Of a stretch of DNA of 64,000 bases, positions 1 to 12,905 are shown one piece after another. Made by a program: the position numbers and the translations under genes. Where the stretch lies: positions 10,354,001 to 10,418,000 of the forward strand of contig OZ210885.1 in NCBI GenBank assembly GCA_964658305.1, written 5' to 3'. This DNA comes from Leptogorgia sarmentosa (taxonomy: Eukaryota). The notes under the pieces are model-generated. The model was given only the letters and a program-made list of their open reading frames with translations. It searched no databases and had not been told where the DNA came from. Positions within the stretch are counted from its first letter, which is position 1. Each line of letters opens with the position of its first letter.

Positions 1-867
1 CAAAGGGTGGCGATAAAGTCAAATGATCCAAACTCTCTACAAACTATTATCACCTGCCTGTACCATTGATACAGAGCTATAGAAGCAATTACCAGAAGGT
101 TCAGATCTAAGAAAGTAAAGGAATATCTAATTAAATTAATTTTAAAATACAAACAGCAACCACCCTTTTAAGTTTCAACTAAAAATCCTTTAGAAATACT
201 GCACTAGTGTAGTGTTACTACTTAATAATACAATAATAGTAACAGACTAACAGTCTAACACGTGTATATACTGTATGTGGATTCGTGTAGTATTCCAGGA
301 GTCCAGGTTTACATTTTTTAACACGATTATATTATCACAAAATTTTAGTGCAGTTGAAAAGTAAAACTTGCAAACAAACTAGTGATATGTCTAAAATCTA
401 GATCGCTCAATTGACCTTGACCGATTCACTATACGCACAAATATGCAATTAATCCATTATTTATATTATATAAATTCGATGCAAACCCATCTTTAGCCGT
501 GTTTATACAATTTAATTGTAAATAATTGAAGGTTTACCTTATAGCTGTGAAAAACTTCTCCAGCAGTCCCGTCCACGTGCATAACTGGGGATAAAATGTT
601 CCACGGAGAAATTTCTGCTGAACGTAGACTACGACGGTTTATAGCAGACAGCAACTCTGCAATCGAGCACTTACGTGCCGCATGAATGCGATTTATAAGA
701 TTTTGATAAATCTTTTACGCAAACATTCACGTCGCCACTAACATTTATTCAATGACCGGTGAATGGCCTCCAACTGTGAATCAGCCAAGTCGGTCAAAGA
801 ATTGGGCCAATAAAATTGTAGGAATTATTTAAATGAACCAATCAGTGGCATCATATTAGAGCCCCTG

Positions 868-3200
868 CACTGTTATTTTAGGGGAGTTATTTTAACTCCA
901 AAAACGGTGTCAAATAAAAAGGTTCAGAATAGCACCCTTTTTGGTGTTACACTTAACACCACTTTTGGTGTTAAAATTAACTCCTGTTTTGGAGTTATTT
1001 TAACCCAATATTTGGAGTTAAAAATGTAACACCCTTCGTGGAGTTAAAATATAACTCCAAAAGTGGTGTTAAAATAGCACCACTTTTGGAGTTACAGTAA
1101 ATTTAACTCCCTTTCTGGAGTTAAAATTTAACTCCTCTTTTGGAGTTACTTTTAAGCTTAATGGACCTTCTCCCCTTAGACAAATTTTTGAATTGACAAA
1201 TTTCATTAGCAAAGCGGGAAAAAACATCATAAATTCACTAAAATTGCGAAGTTTGGATACAGAAATAAATATCGTAAAATCTGGATAATACAGTCATGTC
1301 AAATTTGTGAATTTTGTTTACTTTTGTATTACGCACGCTAAATTATCATAACATGACTGTATATCCATTTTTACGATATTTTGTAACCAAACTTCACAAC
1401 TTATGATGCTCTTTCCAGCTGGGCTGATGAATTTCTCCAATTCAAAAGTTGGTCTAAAAATATAAAAGAAATATTACTGTAAATTTCAAAAGCACTCACA
1501 ATTTTTTTTGACAGCAAAATAAGTGATTTAATTTATAAAAAAATTAATTTACAAGCATAGCCTCAATAGAGTTCATTGATGCTCCTTCATTAGAGAAAAT
1601 GGCTTATCTTTGTGGCATTGTTTATTCGTACAAATCCTTATAATATGTGGCTCAAATCCATGTGTCCAGCAGTTAGTTGAGCAGTATTTATTCCATCCTC
1701 AGGCTTTTGAATCATGTTGTTCATAATCAACCTAAAAATATAATGTAGAAACAATCTTAATTATAGTCATAGTGCATTTTTATGCAATTTAGATGCTACT
1801 ATAAATATCTTCAATGTCGTTTTAAAATTAGGCCAAAGTATTGCCATAAAGCAGTTCATATGGTTTATGTTTGGTGTTCAAGTCCCTTGACCTTGTACTG
1901 TAGTGGAACCTGTTGATTTTTAACAAATAATAATATGGATTTACCTACACTTTGTCCTTGAAAATCAGCCATTTGTCCTTCAAAGGCCATTGTCCTTCAA
2001 AATAGCTTGACAGAAACAGTTTCTAAAAACAAAAGATATAGCAGTATAAATATGGCTTTATGATGGAACACAGTGTGCTAAATTCACTTAATTTTCACAG
2101 CGGAGATTTACTTTACGGTAAAACCCAGCAAAAAATAACCAGTGGGTTGTAAACCACCGTCTTAACACGTCTTTCATCCATGAATTTATTTTATCAGAAC
2201 AGAAATCAACTTACAGCATAATTCACCTTCGATCATTAATGGACATGTCTTCAATCTTGATATTAACACTCGTTCCTCAGGGCTCAGTAATCATTTTTGA
2301 CAGGAAATAAGAACCAGTTAAGAACGACTCCAGTCTTGATATGAACCAGTGAGCCACCTCATCCTGAAGTCAAAATTCGCTACTGAGTTTTTGAATATCT
2401 ATTTTGTGCATGTAAAAATATCGCTTTATTGTTGCACAAATGCACATAAAATTCGATTAAATAGGGATGTATGAACACTTACTTGCCAAAAAATTGTGTA
2501 AAGCCAAAACAATTGGATCTATGTCTCCTTTCTTCGTCAAAACTTTATCAAAAATTTCTTTCAAAATGTTGTCAAAACGACATTCGCTTTTCAAATTTCA
2601 AAACTGAAAAATAGACTCGGATATGTTGACTCGGATCATTTCTCTAAGGCGGACGTCTGCGAAAGCACTACTATCTGTAATCGCGCAACCTTATTGACTT
2701 AAAGTTATCCTTTGGTTATCCTGTATGAATAATTAGCATAATTATCATTCGTTTCGAGTTTTTACTGCATCAATACATCATTTCCCATTTAATTTATTGA
2801 GTATTCTGACCAGTACAATTAAAAAAAAAAGGGAAGAAACAGAACCGAAAAGACTAGCTTTCTTTTTTGTCCTTTCTCATTAACAGTTCAGACGAATTAC
2901 AAATTGATTTTAACTGTTTTTTCTCGTTAAATTGAGTTTGTCTCATTCCGGAATCCGGAATGCAGTTGCATTTTAACTCCAAAAGAAGAGTTACTCAGTT
3001 TAACACCACAAACGGAGTTATTTTAACTCCAGAAAAAGGGTTACTTCGGCTAACCCCCCTAAAGGGAGTTAATTTTTCATGATAATTATATGCCAAAATA
3101 TTGTAACACCAAAAAGAGAGTTATTTTAACACCACATTTGGGGTTAGGGAATTTAACTCCACTAAAGGGGAGTTAAAATAACTCCCCTAAAATAACAGTG
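868..3200 (+). mobile_element. Non-autonomous CMC/CACTA(EnSpm)-like DNA transposon, family A copy 1 (2.33 kb)
   Basis: TIR CACTGTTATTTTAGGGGAGTTATTTTAACTCC at 868 with its reverse complement ending at 3200; 2-bp TSD TG/TG; dense subterminal (T)TTAACTCC/TTAACACC repeats at both ends; no long ORF. Confidence 0.9.
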
Positions 3201-4284
3201 TGATTAAGCAAACCGGTCAGTCCACCCCACAAGTCGGTCAAAAATCATGTTGACCAATCAAATGACTGGATTTGCCACCCGATTCGGTCAAAACTCATGC
3301 AAAAACCGCTGATGACTGACCAGTCTGACCGAGCCAAAAAATTCCTGAAGCACTGACCGAATTGTTGTAACTGTGTAACTGGACTATGATTTTGTTTATT
3401 TCTTAGCCACTGACCGCAATGCGCTCAATACCTGGACTGTTACGCAAATTTTACGTTGGTCGCTTGACCGCTTTGACCACCCCTAGATCCGCGCCTGATT
3501 CTGCATATTATTTGCATTTGATTTCTGTTATTTCTTATAGAACATATTATAGCTATTTAACATCTCTACTGCATCAACTATACCCAAAAGGCAAAAACGT
3601 TCCGTAAAAAAAGCAGAAACAATGACAACAGTAAAAGTTCGACTGTAATATACAACAATTAATATACTGTCAACGTCCAAGCACAATTTAAAAGGCAACA
3701 AAATTGTTTCAGCTACTGAATGATATCAAACGTTTTGTTAAATTCGAACGTTTTTGCATCTTCAGTTTCAATAAAAATTATTTGAATTTCACATTAGCCA
3801 CGGCCCTGAAGAAACCTCTTCCTAGTACAGCATTTGCATGTCATTTAGACAAAAGAGAAGCACAGTAGAATGATTGGGATATCAATAAACACCGAAAGAA
3901 GGACAATAGCGCGTGATGAACATCATTTGTGCTAGTAAGTAAGTTCTATGACAACACATTAATTATATATTCCGTAAAGTGAAAATCAATTAGACGAAAC
4001 AAAGAACAATTGCATGAACTAAGTAATCATTAACATTTTCACAACAGCAATAGCAAAAAATCAAAAGACATTAGACCACAACAATCAATCCTTAATATAA
4101 AGGAGTATAAAGTCTGAGGTCGCGTTCTAACAAATATAGATTTAGGCCCCTATTACACTATACCGGATTACTTTTCGTTCCGGATCAATTTTGACACGGA
4201 TGAAAAAATGGCAGCGATTACACTACGCCGCTCCCCTGTCGAAGACGTCTTCGTATCGTATAATGTTGGATATTTAGGGAATAC

Positions 4285-5568
4285 ATATATGTTATTTACC
4301 AGCTGGGAGGTCCGTACTGGAAAATATTTTGTCGAGGTCTCAAAAACGGCCCGAGGCCGAAGGCCGAGGGACGTTTTTGAGACCGAGACAAAATATTTTC
4401 CAGTACGGACCGACCTAAATGGTAAATAACTTATTTATTTTTTTTCCTCGATGTTATGATAAAATTCGTCAAAAATTCCAGTGTTGCGAACTAGATTTTG
4501 AGATCAGTTTGTTTGTTTACTTTGCTACTCTATCGCAAGTATGGCTGCTAAACAGCCAAGACGAAGTGAGGAAAAACCCTTCAATTTTGACGCATTTTCT
4601 TCCATATTCACGCATTTCCACTCAACATTAAGATGAAAAAGGTAAACTTGTTAAAATTATTTATTTTCCCGGTCGTTTCACAATAGAAACATGGTTAAAA
4701 TACGCTTTAGATACCGAAATATTTCGCCGAGAATGTTTTGTTTTGTTTTGTTGATACTGACGAGACTTGTTTTTGTCGCTGTAAATACCCCCTAAAATAT
4801 CCCTTAGCATAATAAAATGAACTTTCATGTGTTCTTTATCGCCTAAATTCGTTTGAATATTCTAATAAGCGGCCATTCAATTTTAAAAAACAAAAACATT
4901 GACTATATTTGTATTAAATCTACGAGAATGCATGCGAGCGGTCCGTAAATATAGGATATAACACGGTTGCGAGAAGATATGGATTTTATGTTCGAGTGGC
5001 AAGAACAATATCTCACAAGTGAGCGCAGCGAACGAGTGAGATATTGTTCTTGCCACGAGAACATAAAATCCATATCTTCGAGCGAACCGTGTAATGTTCT
5101 GTTTATTATATGGACTTATTCAGAGTGACACAAATACACAACAACTACCCTTTTAATGAAAACATGCAGTCTAAAACACGACAATTAATGGCTTTAAAAT
5201 TAGTCTTTACTAAATATAGATTATAAAATACCGCTTTATTGTAGTTTATTGTAGTTTATTGTAGTATTGTAGCTTTATTGTTCGTCGCAAAACGTACTAA
5301 TATCGTCTTGGCTTAAATTCACAAACCTTGAAGTAGAAGCCATTTGTAAACAGCGAAAAAGGCGGGAAGGTTATGTCACCCCTAAGCGTGACATACGGAA
5401 AATACGCGCACCGTATCCCGGATGTAGTGGCGTATGAGTTCTACGAGTGTTTTAGTTCCCAATAAAATACCGCTGTCCATATAATAAAGTAGGTTACGGA
5501 CCGCTCGGCAACCAATCAGAAAGCTCTATTTAGGTTACGGACCGGGAGTTACGGACCGGAAAAAAATA
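4285..5568 (+). mobile_element. Terminal-hairpin non-autonomous element, family D copy 1
   Basis: Absent from the homologous site in B copy 2 (~10965-10985); ~140-nt hairpin at 4290-4430; subterminal IR TTTATTTTTTTCC after the hairpin matches GGAAAAAAATAAA at the far end; further copies at 14.5 and 33.4 kb. Confidence 0.85.
4950..5488 (+). mobile_element. Terminal-hairpin non-autonomous element, family E, nested in D
   Basis: Absent from D copy 2, whose empty site reads GTCCG-TAAA-GTAGG; TAAA present at both junctions; hairpin ~4960-5093; IR TTTATTATATGGAC (5102) / GTCCATATAATAAA (ends 5488). Confidence 0.85.
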
Positions 5569-6097
5569 AAACACGATATTATTTGCAGCACGCTTGCAGC
5601 AGTCAATGCAAACAAAAAAATATTTTGTATAAGGCAATCGTTTTGGTACGGCACATGCCGGATTACTTTTCGTATCACGAACGAAGCGGAGTGATTTTTG
5701 CTCCGCGGCACGTACCGGATTACAGTGGCGTAGTGTAAACAACAGCCCAATCCAGTATAAAAATCGCTATACTGGATACTAATCCGGTATAGTGTAATAG
5801 GGACCTTAATGTTTGCCAGTTCACACAACAGCAAAAATGCTATTTAATTATGTATACATATCATAACACAGAAGAGTCCAACGGGCCCACATTTTTTGCC
5901 TCTATATTAATGACTATTTGTTGTGGTCTAATGTGTTTTGATTTTTTGCTATTGCTGTTGTGAAAATGTTAATGATTACTTAGTTCATGCAATTGTTCTT
6001 TGTTTCGTCTAATTGATTTTCACTTTACGGAATATATAATGATGTGTTGTTCTAGAACTTACTTACTAGCACAGGTGATGTTCATATCGCGCTATTG

Positions 6098-8440
6098 CAC
6101 TGTTATTTTAGGGGAGTTATTTTAACTCCCCTTTAGTGGAGTTAAATTGCGTAACCCCAAATGTGGTGTTAAAATAACTCTCTTTTTGGTGTTACAATAT
6201 TTTGGCATATAATTATCATGAAAAATTAACTCCCTTTAGGGGGGTTAGCCGAAGTAACCCTTTTTCTGGAGTTAAAATAACTCCGTTTGTGGTGTTAAAC
6301 TGAGTAACTCTTCTTTTGGAGTTAAAATGCAACTGCATTCCGGATTCCGGAATGAGACAAACTCAATTTAACGAGAAAAAACAGTTAAAATCAATTTGTA
6401 ATTCGTCTGAACTGTTAGTGAGAAAGGACAAAAAAGAAACTTAGTCTTTTGGCTTCTGTTTCTTCCCTTTTTTTTTAATTGTACTGGTCAGAATACTCAA
6501 TAAATTAAATGGGAAATGATGTTTGATGCAGTAAAACTCGAAACGAATGATAATTATGCTAATTATTCATACAGGATAACCAAAGGATAACTTTAAGCCA
6601 ATAAGGTTGCGCGATTACAAATAGTAGTGCTTTCGCAGACGTCCGCCTTAGAGAAATGATCCGAGTTATCCGAGTCTGTTTTTCAGTTTTGAAATTTGAA
6701 AAGCGAATGTCGTTTTAACAACATTTTAAAAGAAATTTTTGATAAAGTTTTGACGAAGAAAGGAGACATAGATCCAATTGTTTTGGCTTTACACAATTTT
6801 TTAGCAAGTAAGTGTTCGTACATCCCTATTTAATCGAATTTTATGTGCATTTGTGCAACAATAAAGCGATATTCTTACATGCACAAAATAGATATTCAAA
6901 AACTCAGTAGCGAATTTTGACTTCAGGATGAGGTGGCTCACTGGTTCATATCAAGACTGGAGTCGTTCTTAACTGGTTCTTATTTCCTGTCAAAAATGAT
7001 TACTGAGCCCTGAGGAACGAGTGTTAATATCAAGATTGAAGACATGTCCATTAATGATCGAAGGTGAATTATCATTGTAAGTTGATTTCTGTTCTGAAAA
7101 AATAAATTCATGGACGAAAGACGTGTTAAGACGGTGGTTTACAACCCACTGGTTATTTTTTGCTGGGTTTTACCGTAAAGTAAATCTCCGCTGTGAAAAT
7201 TGAGTGAATTTAGCACACTGTGTTCCATCATAAAGCCATATTTATACTGCTATATCTTTTGTATTTAGAAACTGTTTCTGTCAAGCTATTTTAAAGGACA
7301 ATGGCCTTTGAAGGACAAATGGCTGATTTTCAAGGACAAAGTGTAGGTAAATCCATATTATTATTTGTTAAAAATCAACAGGTTCCACTACAGTAGTTAC
7401 AGTACAAGGTCAAGGGACTTCAACACCAAACATAAACCATATGAACTGCTTTATGGCAATACTTTGGCCTAATTTTAAAACGACATTGAAGATTTATAGT
7501 AGCATTTAACTTGCATAAAAATGCACTATGACTATAATTAAGATTGTTTCTACATTATATTTTTAGGTTGATTATGAACAACATGATTCAAAAGCCTGAG
7601 GATGGAATAAATACTGCTCAACTAACTGCTGGACACATGGATTTGAGCCACATATTATAAGGATTTGTACGAATAAACAATGCCACAAAGATAAGCCATT
7701 TTCTCTGATGAAGGAACATCAATGAACTCTATTGAGGCTATGCTTGTAAATTCATTTTTTTATAAATTAAATCACTTATTTTGCTGTCAAAAAAAATTGT
7801 GAGTGCCTTTGAAATTTACAGTAATATTTCTTTTATATTTTTAGACCAACTTTTGAATTATAGAAATTCACCAGCCCAGCTGGAAAGAGCATCATAAATT
7901 TGGTAAAGTTGTGAAGTTTGGTTACAAAATATCGTAAAAATGGAAATACAGTCATGTTATGATAATATAGCGTGCGTAATACAAAAGTATACAAAATTCA
8001 CAAATTTGACATGACTGTATTTTCCAGATTTTACGATATTTATTTCCGTAACCAAACTTCGCAATTTTAGTGGATTTATGATGTTTTTTCCCTGCTGTGC
8101 TAATGAAATTTGTCAATTCAAAAATTTGTCTAAGGGGGAAGGTCCATTAAGGTTAAAAGTAACTCCAAAAGAGGAGTTAAATTTTAACTCCAGAAAGGGT
8201 GTTAAATTTACTGTAACTCCAAAAGTGGTGCTATTTTAACACCACTTTTGGAGTTATATTTTAACTCCACAAAGGGTGTTACATTTTTAACTCCAAATAT
8301 TGGGTTAAAATAACTCCAAAACAGGAGTTAATTTTAACACCAAAAGTGGTGTTAAGTGTAACACCAAAAAGGGTGCTATTCTGAACCTTTTTATTTAACC
8401 CCGTTTTTGGAGTTAAAATAACACCCCTAAAATAACAGTG
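6098..8440 (-). mobile_element. Family A copy 2 (inverted)
   Basis: Reverse complement of 868-3200 with scattered substitutions and small indels; CACTG...CAGTG termini; TSD TG/TG; interrupts the right arm of family C. Confidence 0.9.
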
Positions 8441-8500
8441 TGTTCTTCTTTCGGTGTTATTGATATCCCAATCATTCTAATGTGCTTCTCTTTTGTCTAA

Positions 8501-11197
8501 GGCCCCTATTACACTATACCGGATTACTTTTCGTTCCGGATCAATTTTGACACGGATGAAAAAAATGGCAGCGATTACACTGTTATTTTAGGGGAGTTAT
8601 TTTAACTCCAAAAACGGTGTCAAATAAAAAGGTTCAGAATAGCACCCTTTTTGGTGTTACACTTAACACCACTTTTGGTGTTAAAATTAACTCCTGTTTT
8701 GGAGTTATTTTAACCCAATATTTGGAGTTAAAAATGTAACACCCTTTGTGGAGTTAAAATATAACTCCAAAAGTGGTGTTAAAATAGCACCACTTTTGGA
8801 GTTACAGTAAATTTAACTCCCTTTCTGGAGTTAAAATTTAACTCCTCTTTTGGAGTTACTTTTAAGCTTAATGGACCTTCTCCCCTTAGACAAATTTTTG
8901 AATTGACAAATTTCATTAGCAAAGCGGGAAAAAACATCATAAATTCACTAAAATTGCGAAGTTTGGATACAGAAATAAATATCGTAAAATCTGGATAATA
9001 CAGTCATGTCAAATTTGTGAATTTTTTATACTTTTGTATTACGCACGCTAAATTATCATAACATGACTGTATATCCATTTTTACGATATTTTGTAACCAA
9101 ACTTCACAACTTATGATGCTCTTTCCAGCTGGGCTGATGAATTTCTCCAATTCAAAAGTTGGTCTAAAAATATAAAAGAAATATTACTGTAAATTTCAAA
9201 AGCACTCACAATTTTTTTTGACAGCAAAATAAGTGATTTAATTTATAAAAAAATGAATTTACAAGCATAGCCTCAATAGAGTTCATTGATGCTCCTTCAT
9301 TAGAGAAAATGGCTTATCTTTATGGCATTGTTTATTCGTACAAATCCTTATAATATGTGGCTCAAATCCATGTGTCCAGCAGTTAGTTGAGCAGTATTTA
9401 TTCCATCCTCAGGCTTTTGAATCATGTTGTTCATAATCAACCTAAAAATATAATGTAGAAACAATCTTAATTATAGTCATAGTGCATTTTTATGCAATTT
9501 AGATGCTACTATAAATATCTTCAATGTCGTTTTAAAATTAGGCCAAAGTATTGCCATAAAGCAGTTCATATGGTTTATGTTTGGTGTTCAAGTCCCTTGA
9601 CCTTGTACTGTAGTGGAACCTGTTGATTTTTAACAAATAATAATATGGATTTACCTACAATTGTCCTTGAAAATCAGCCATTTGTCCTTCAAAGGCCATT
9701 GTCCTTCAAAATAGCTTGACAGAAACAGTTTCTAAATACAAAAGATATAGCAGTATAAATATGGCTTTATGATGGAACACAGTGTGCTAAATTCACTTAA
9801 TTTTCACAGCGGAGATTTATTTTACGGTAAAACCCAGCAAAAAATAACCAGTGGGTTGTAAACCACCGTCTTAACACGTCTTTCATCCATGAATTCATTT
9901 TATCAGAACAGAAATCAACTTACAGCATAATTCACCTTCGATCATTAATGGACATGTCTTCAATCTTGATATTAACACTCGTTCCTCAGGGCTCAGTAAT
10001 CATTTTTGACAGGAAATAAGAACCAGTTAAGAACGACTCCAGTCTGGATATGAACCAGTGAGCCACCTCATCCTGAAGTCAAAATTCGCTACTGAGTTTT
10101 TGAATATCTATTTTGTGCATGTAAAAATATCGCTTTATTGTTGCACAAATGCACATAAAATTCGATTAAATAGGGATGTATGAACACTTACTTGCCAAAA
10201 AATTGTGTAAAGCCAAAACAATTGGATCTATGTCTCCTTTCTTCGTCAAAACTTTATCAAAAATTTCTTTCAAAATGTTGTCAAAACGACATTCACTTTT
10301 CAAATTTCAAAACTGAAAAACAGACTCGGATATGTTGACTCGGATCATTTTTCTAAGGCGGACGTCTGCGAAAGCACTACTATCTGTAATCGCGCAACCT
10401 TATTGGCTTAGAGTTATCCTTTGGTTATCCTGTATGAATAATTAGCATAATTATCATTCGTTTCGAGTTTTTACTGCATCAATACATCATTTCCCATTTA
10501 ATTTATTGAGTATTCTGACCAGTACAATTAAAAAAAAAGGGAAGAAACAGAACCGAAAAGACTAAGTTTCTTTTTTGTCCTTCTCACTAACAGTTCAGAC
10601 GAATTACAAATTGATTTTAACTGTTTTTTCTCGTTAAATTGAGTTTGTCTCATTCCGGAATCCGGAATGCAGTTGCATTTTAACTCCAAAAGAAGAGTTA
10701 CTCAGTTTAACACCACAAACGGAGTTATTTTAACTCCAGAAAAAGGGTTACTTCGGCTAACCCCCCTAAAGGGAGTTAATTTTTTATGATAATTATATGC
10801 CAAAATATTGTAACACCAAAAAGAGAGTTATTTTAACACCACATTTAGGGTTAGGGAATTTAACTCCACTAAAGGGGAGTTAAAATAACTCCCCTAAAAT
10901 AACAGTGTACAGTACGCCGCTCCCCTGTCGAAGACGTCTTCGTATCGTATAATGTTGGATATTTAGGGCATACAAACACGACATTATTTGCAGCACGCTT
11001 GCAGCAGTCAATACAAACATAAAAATATTTTGTATAAGGCCCGGATGTACCGGATTACTTTTCGTATCACGAACGAAGCGGAGTGATTTTTGCTCCGCGG
11101 CACGCACCGGATTACAGTGGCGTAGTGTAATCAACAGCCCAATCCGGTATAAAAATCGCTCCGCTCCGATGCAATCCGGTATAGTGTAATAGGGGCA
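8501..11197 (+). mobile_element. PIF/Harbinger-like MITE, family B copy 2 (interrupted by A copy 3)
   Basis: Same TIRs as 4145-5805; TSD TAA/TAA. Confidence 0.85.
8578..10907 (+). mobile_element. Family A copy 3
   Basis: Nearly identical to 868-3200; TSD TA/TA; the empty site GCGATTA-CACTACGCCG is visible in B copy 1 at ~4214-4230. Confidence 0.9.
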
Positions 11198-11951
11198 TAA
11201 ATGACATGCAAATGCTGTAGTTACCCGCTGTGCACATTAGCTACAACGCTGCTTACTAACAAATTTGGCTTCACATTTTAATACAAGAACGTTTAAGAAG
11301 CAGATTGATGCATATCGTTTCAATTCATGGGTTTCACGGTAACGTTCCATATTTGAGTGGGAGTACACTCTAAATAGCGACGCAGTCATCACAGTGAGTT
11401 AAATATTTACTGTATGTATTCAACTTGTGCTTCGTAGCGAATTAATATGTGAAATTCAGAAGCATTTCCTCAGTTTCGTGCAGCATAATCGTTGATACAT
11501 TTTAACTCCCACTCAATTTCTTACGAAAAGTACTCTTTCTCTCCAACAGCATATTAATTTATGTCGAATTCATCCTATCACTACAATTGGCTGCCGTATC
11601 TCTGGTTTTACGCACCCAACAAGGACAAAAATACACTCTTTTTATTCAGCGTAAAAAACTCTATATATATCTAAACAATATTCATATATATAAATTGCAA
11701 TACAAGGAAAATTTATTGACTTGAAACCATTGAAATGTACATCGGCGCAAAATGTGACCTATAGAATACTAATTACATGCATATTTTCGACCTTTAGTTC
11801 GATCATAACTCTGCAACCACTGATATTCAGTTCTTTGGAGTAGTACCAATGAAATCGCCGTAGAAAATTTTATATTTCTACCTTTTTAGAAGGGTATAGG
11901 TAAAAAGGTCTTCCTTAAGGAAAGATGAAGTTTCTAGAGGGGTCGAATTTC

Positions 11952-12905
11952 CCACTGAGCTATACTTAATTAATATATCTGGAGATCAGGGGCCGGTTGT
12001 TCGAAAGGTGGATAGCGCTATCCATTGGATAGCGATTTTTTCAAGCTTCCCAAAACAACCCGTTGATCACTCTTATTTAGATTAAACTTTGATATTTTAA
12101 AGTTGGACTTTCTCTCAATTACTTGCCAGGCCCACATCTGCAATTTCATAGCTTTTTGAACATTTTTACAACGGTTGAAAAAATCACTATCCAGTGGATA
12201 AAGTTATCCGACTTTCGAACAACCGGCCCCAGGTCGTAACACCTCGCCGTACAAAATAGTGTCGACAAAAACATGGCGGATTTTAGCCAAATTTACGTCA
12301 TTATGACGTAGTAAGTCCACTAGTTCAGGGGACTAACCACTGGCCAAAAAACATTGCCGAAAGTGAGCAGTTTTCTCACCCCCCTGTCTGAAAATAAAAT
12401 ACTAAAATACCAGCTAACATCACGTCAAAGTTTTAAATTCAAAGCAATATTTCGTTGAATTTTGTTGATTATCAACATGCCGCGTTTTTGCTATGTTTAC
12501 GGATATCACAACTCATTTGACAACAAAGAACTGTCGTCACACTGATAAGGAAATTTTATTTTAATTTTTATTTTAATTTATGCTGTTCGAGACGTTTTTC
12601 TGCGGATCGGTTTTGTTAAAGGTTTAATGTGAACCTCGACGCGCCATATTTATATGTAAGAGAATTTTAATACTTTATCTCAATTCTTTGAAAAAATATC
12701 AAAACAGCACTGCAGTATATATATTTATATATAAAATCGTACAGTAAAATTCAGGGGAGGTTGGAAACGGCGCCTGCACACACTTCAACTGTGGTCAGTT
12801 ATACCATCATGAGAGTTGGGGACGTGTGACGTAAAATCCGCCATGTTTTTGGCGACACCTTTCAGTGGAGTGCCTGATCTCCAGATTAATAATATAGCTC
12901 AGTGG
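11952..12905. mobile_element. Non-autonomous TIR element with 6-bp TSD (superfamily unassigned)
   Basis: TIR CCACTGAGCTATA...ATCTGGAGATCAGG / CCTGATCTCCAGAT...TATAGCTCAGTGG; AATTTC flanks both sides; inner IR AAAAACATGGCGGATTTTA. Confidence 0.75.
11990..12229. mobile_element. PIF/Harbinger-like MITE (CWG target)
   Basis: TIR GGGCCGGTTGTTCGAAAG / CTTTCGAACAACCGGCCC; TSD CAG/CAG. Confidence 0.85.

Larger units (their letters stand above)
4145..5805 (+). mobile_element. PIF/Harbinger-like MITE, family B copy 1 (expanded by nested D and E elements)
   Basis: TIR GGCCCCTATTACACTATACCGGATT / AATCCGGTATAGTGTAATAGGGACC; 3-bp TSD TTA/TTA. Confidence 0.85.
3828..11217. mobile_element. Foldback element with ~270-bp inverted arms (Tc1/mariner-like termini), family C; host of several nested insertions
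   Basis: Arm 3828-~4100 is the reverse complement of 5900-6097 + 8441-8500 + 11198-11217 once the insertions are removed; termini TA|CAGCATTTGC...GCAAATGCTG|TA. Confidence 0.8.

Noticed and set aside
3419..11134. Short ORFs in the transposon nest
   Set aside because: They lie in MITE or hairpin sequence, recur only because the repeats recur, and show no domain signature.
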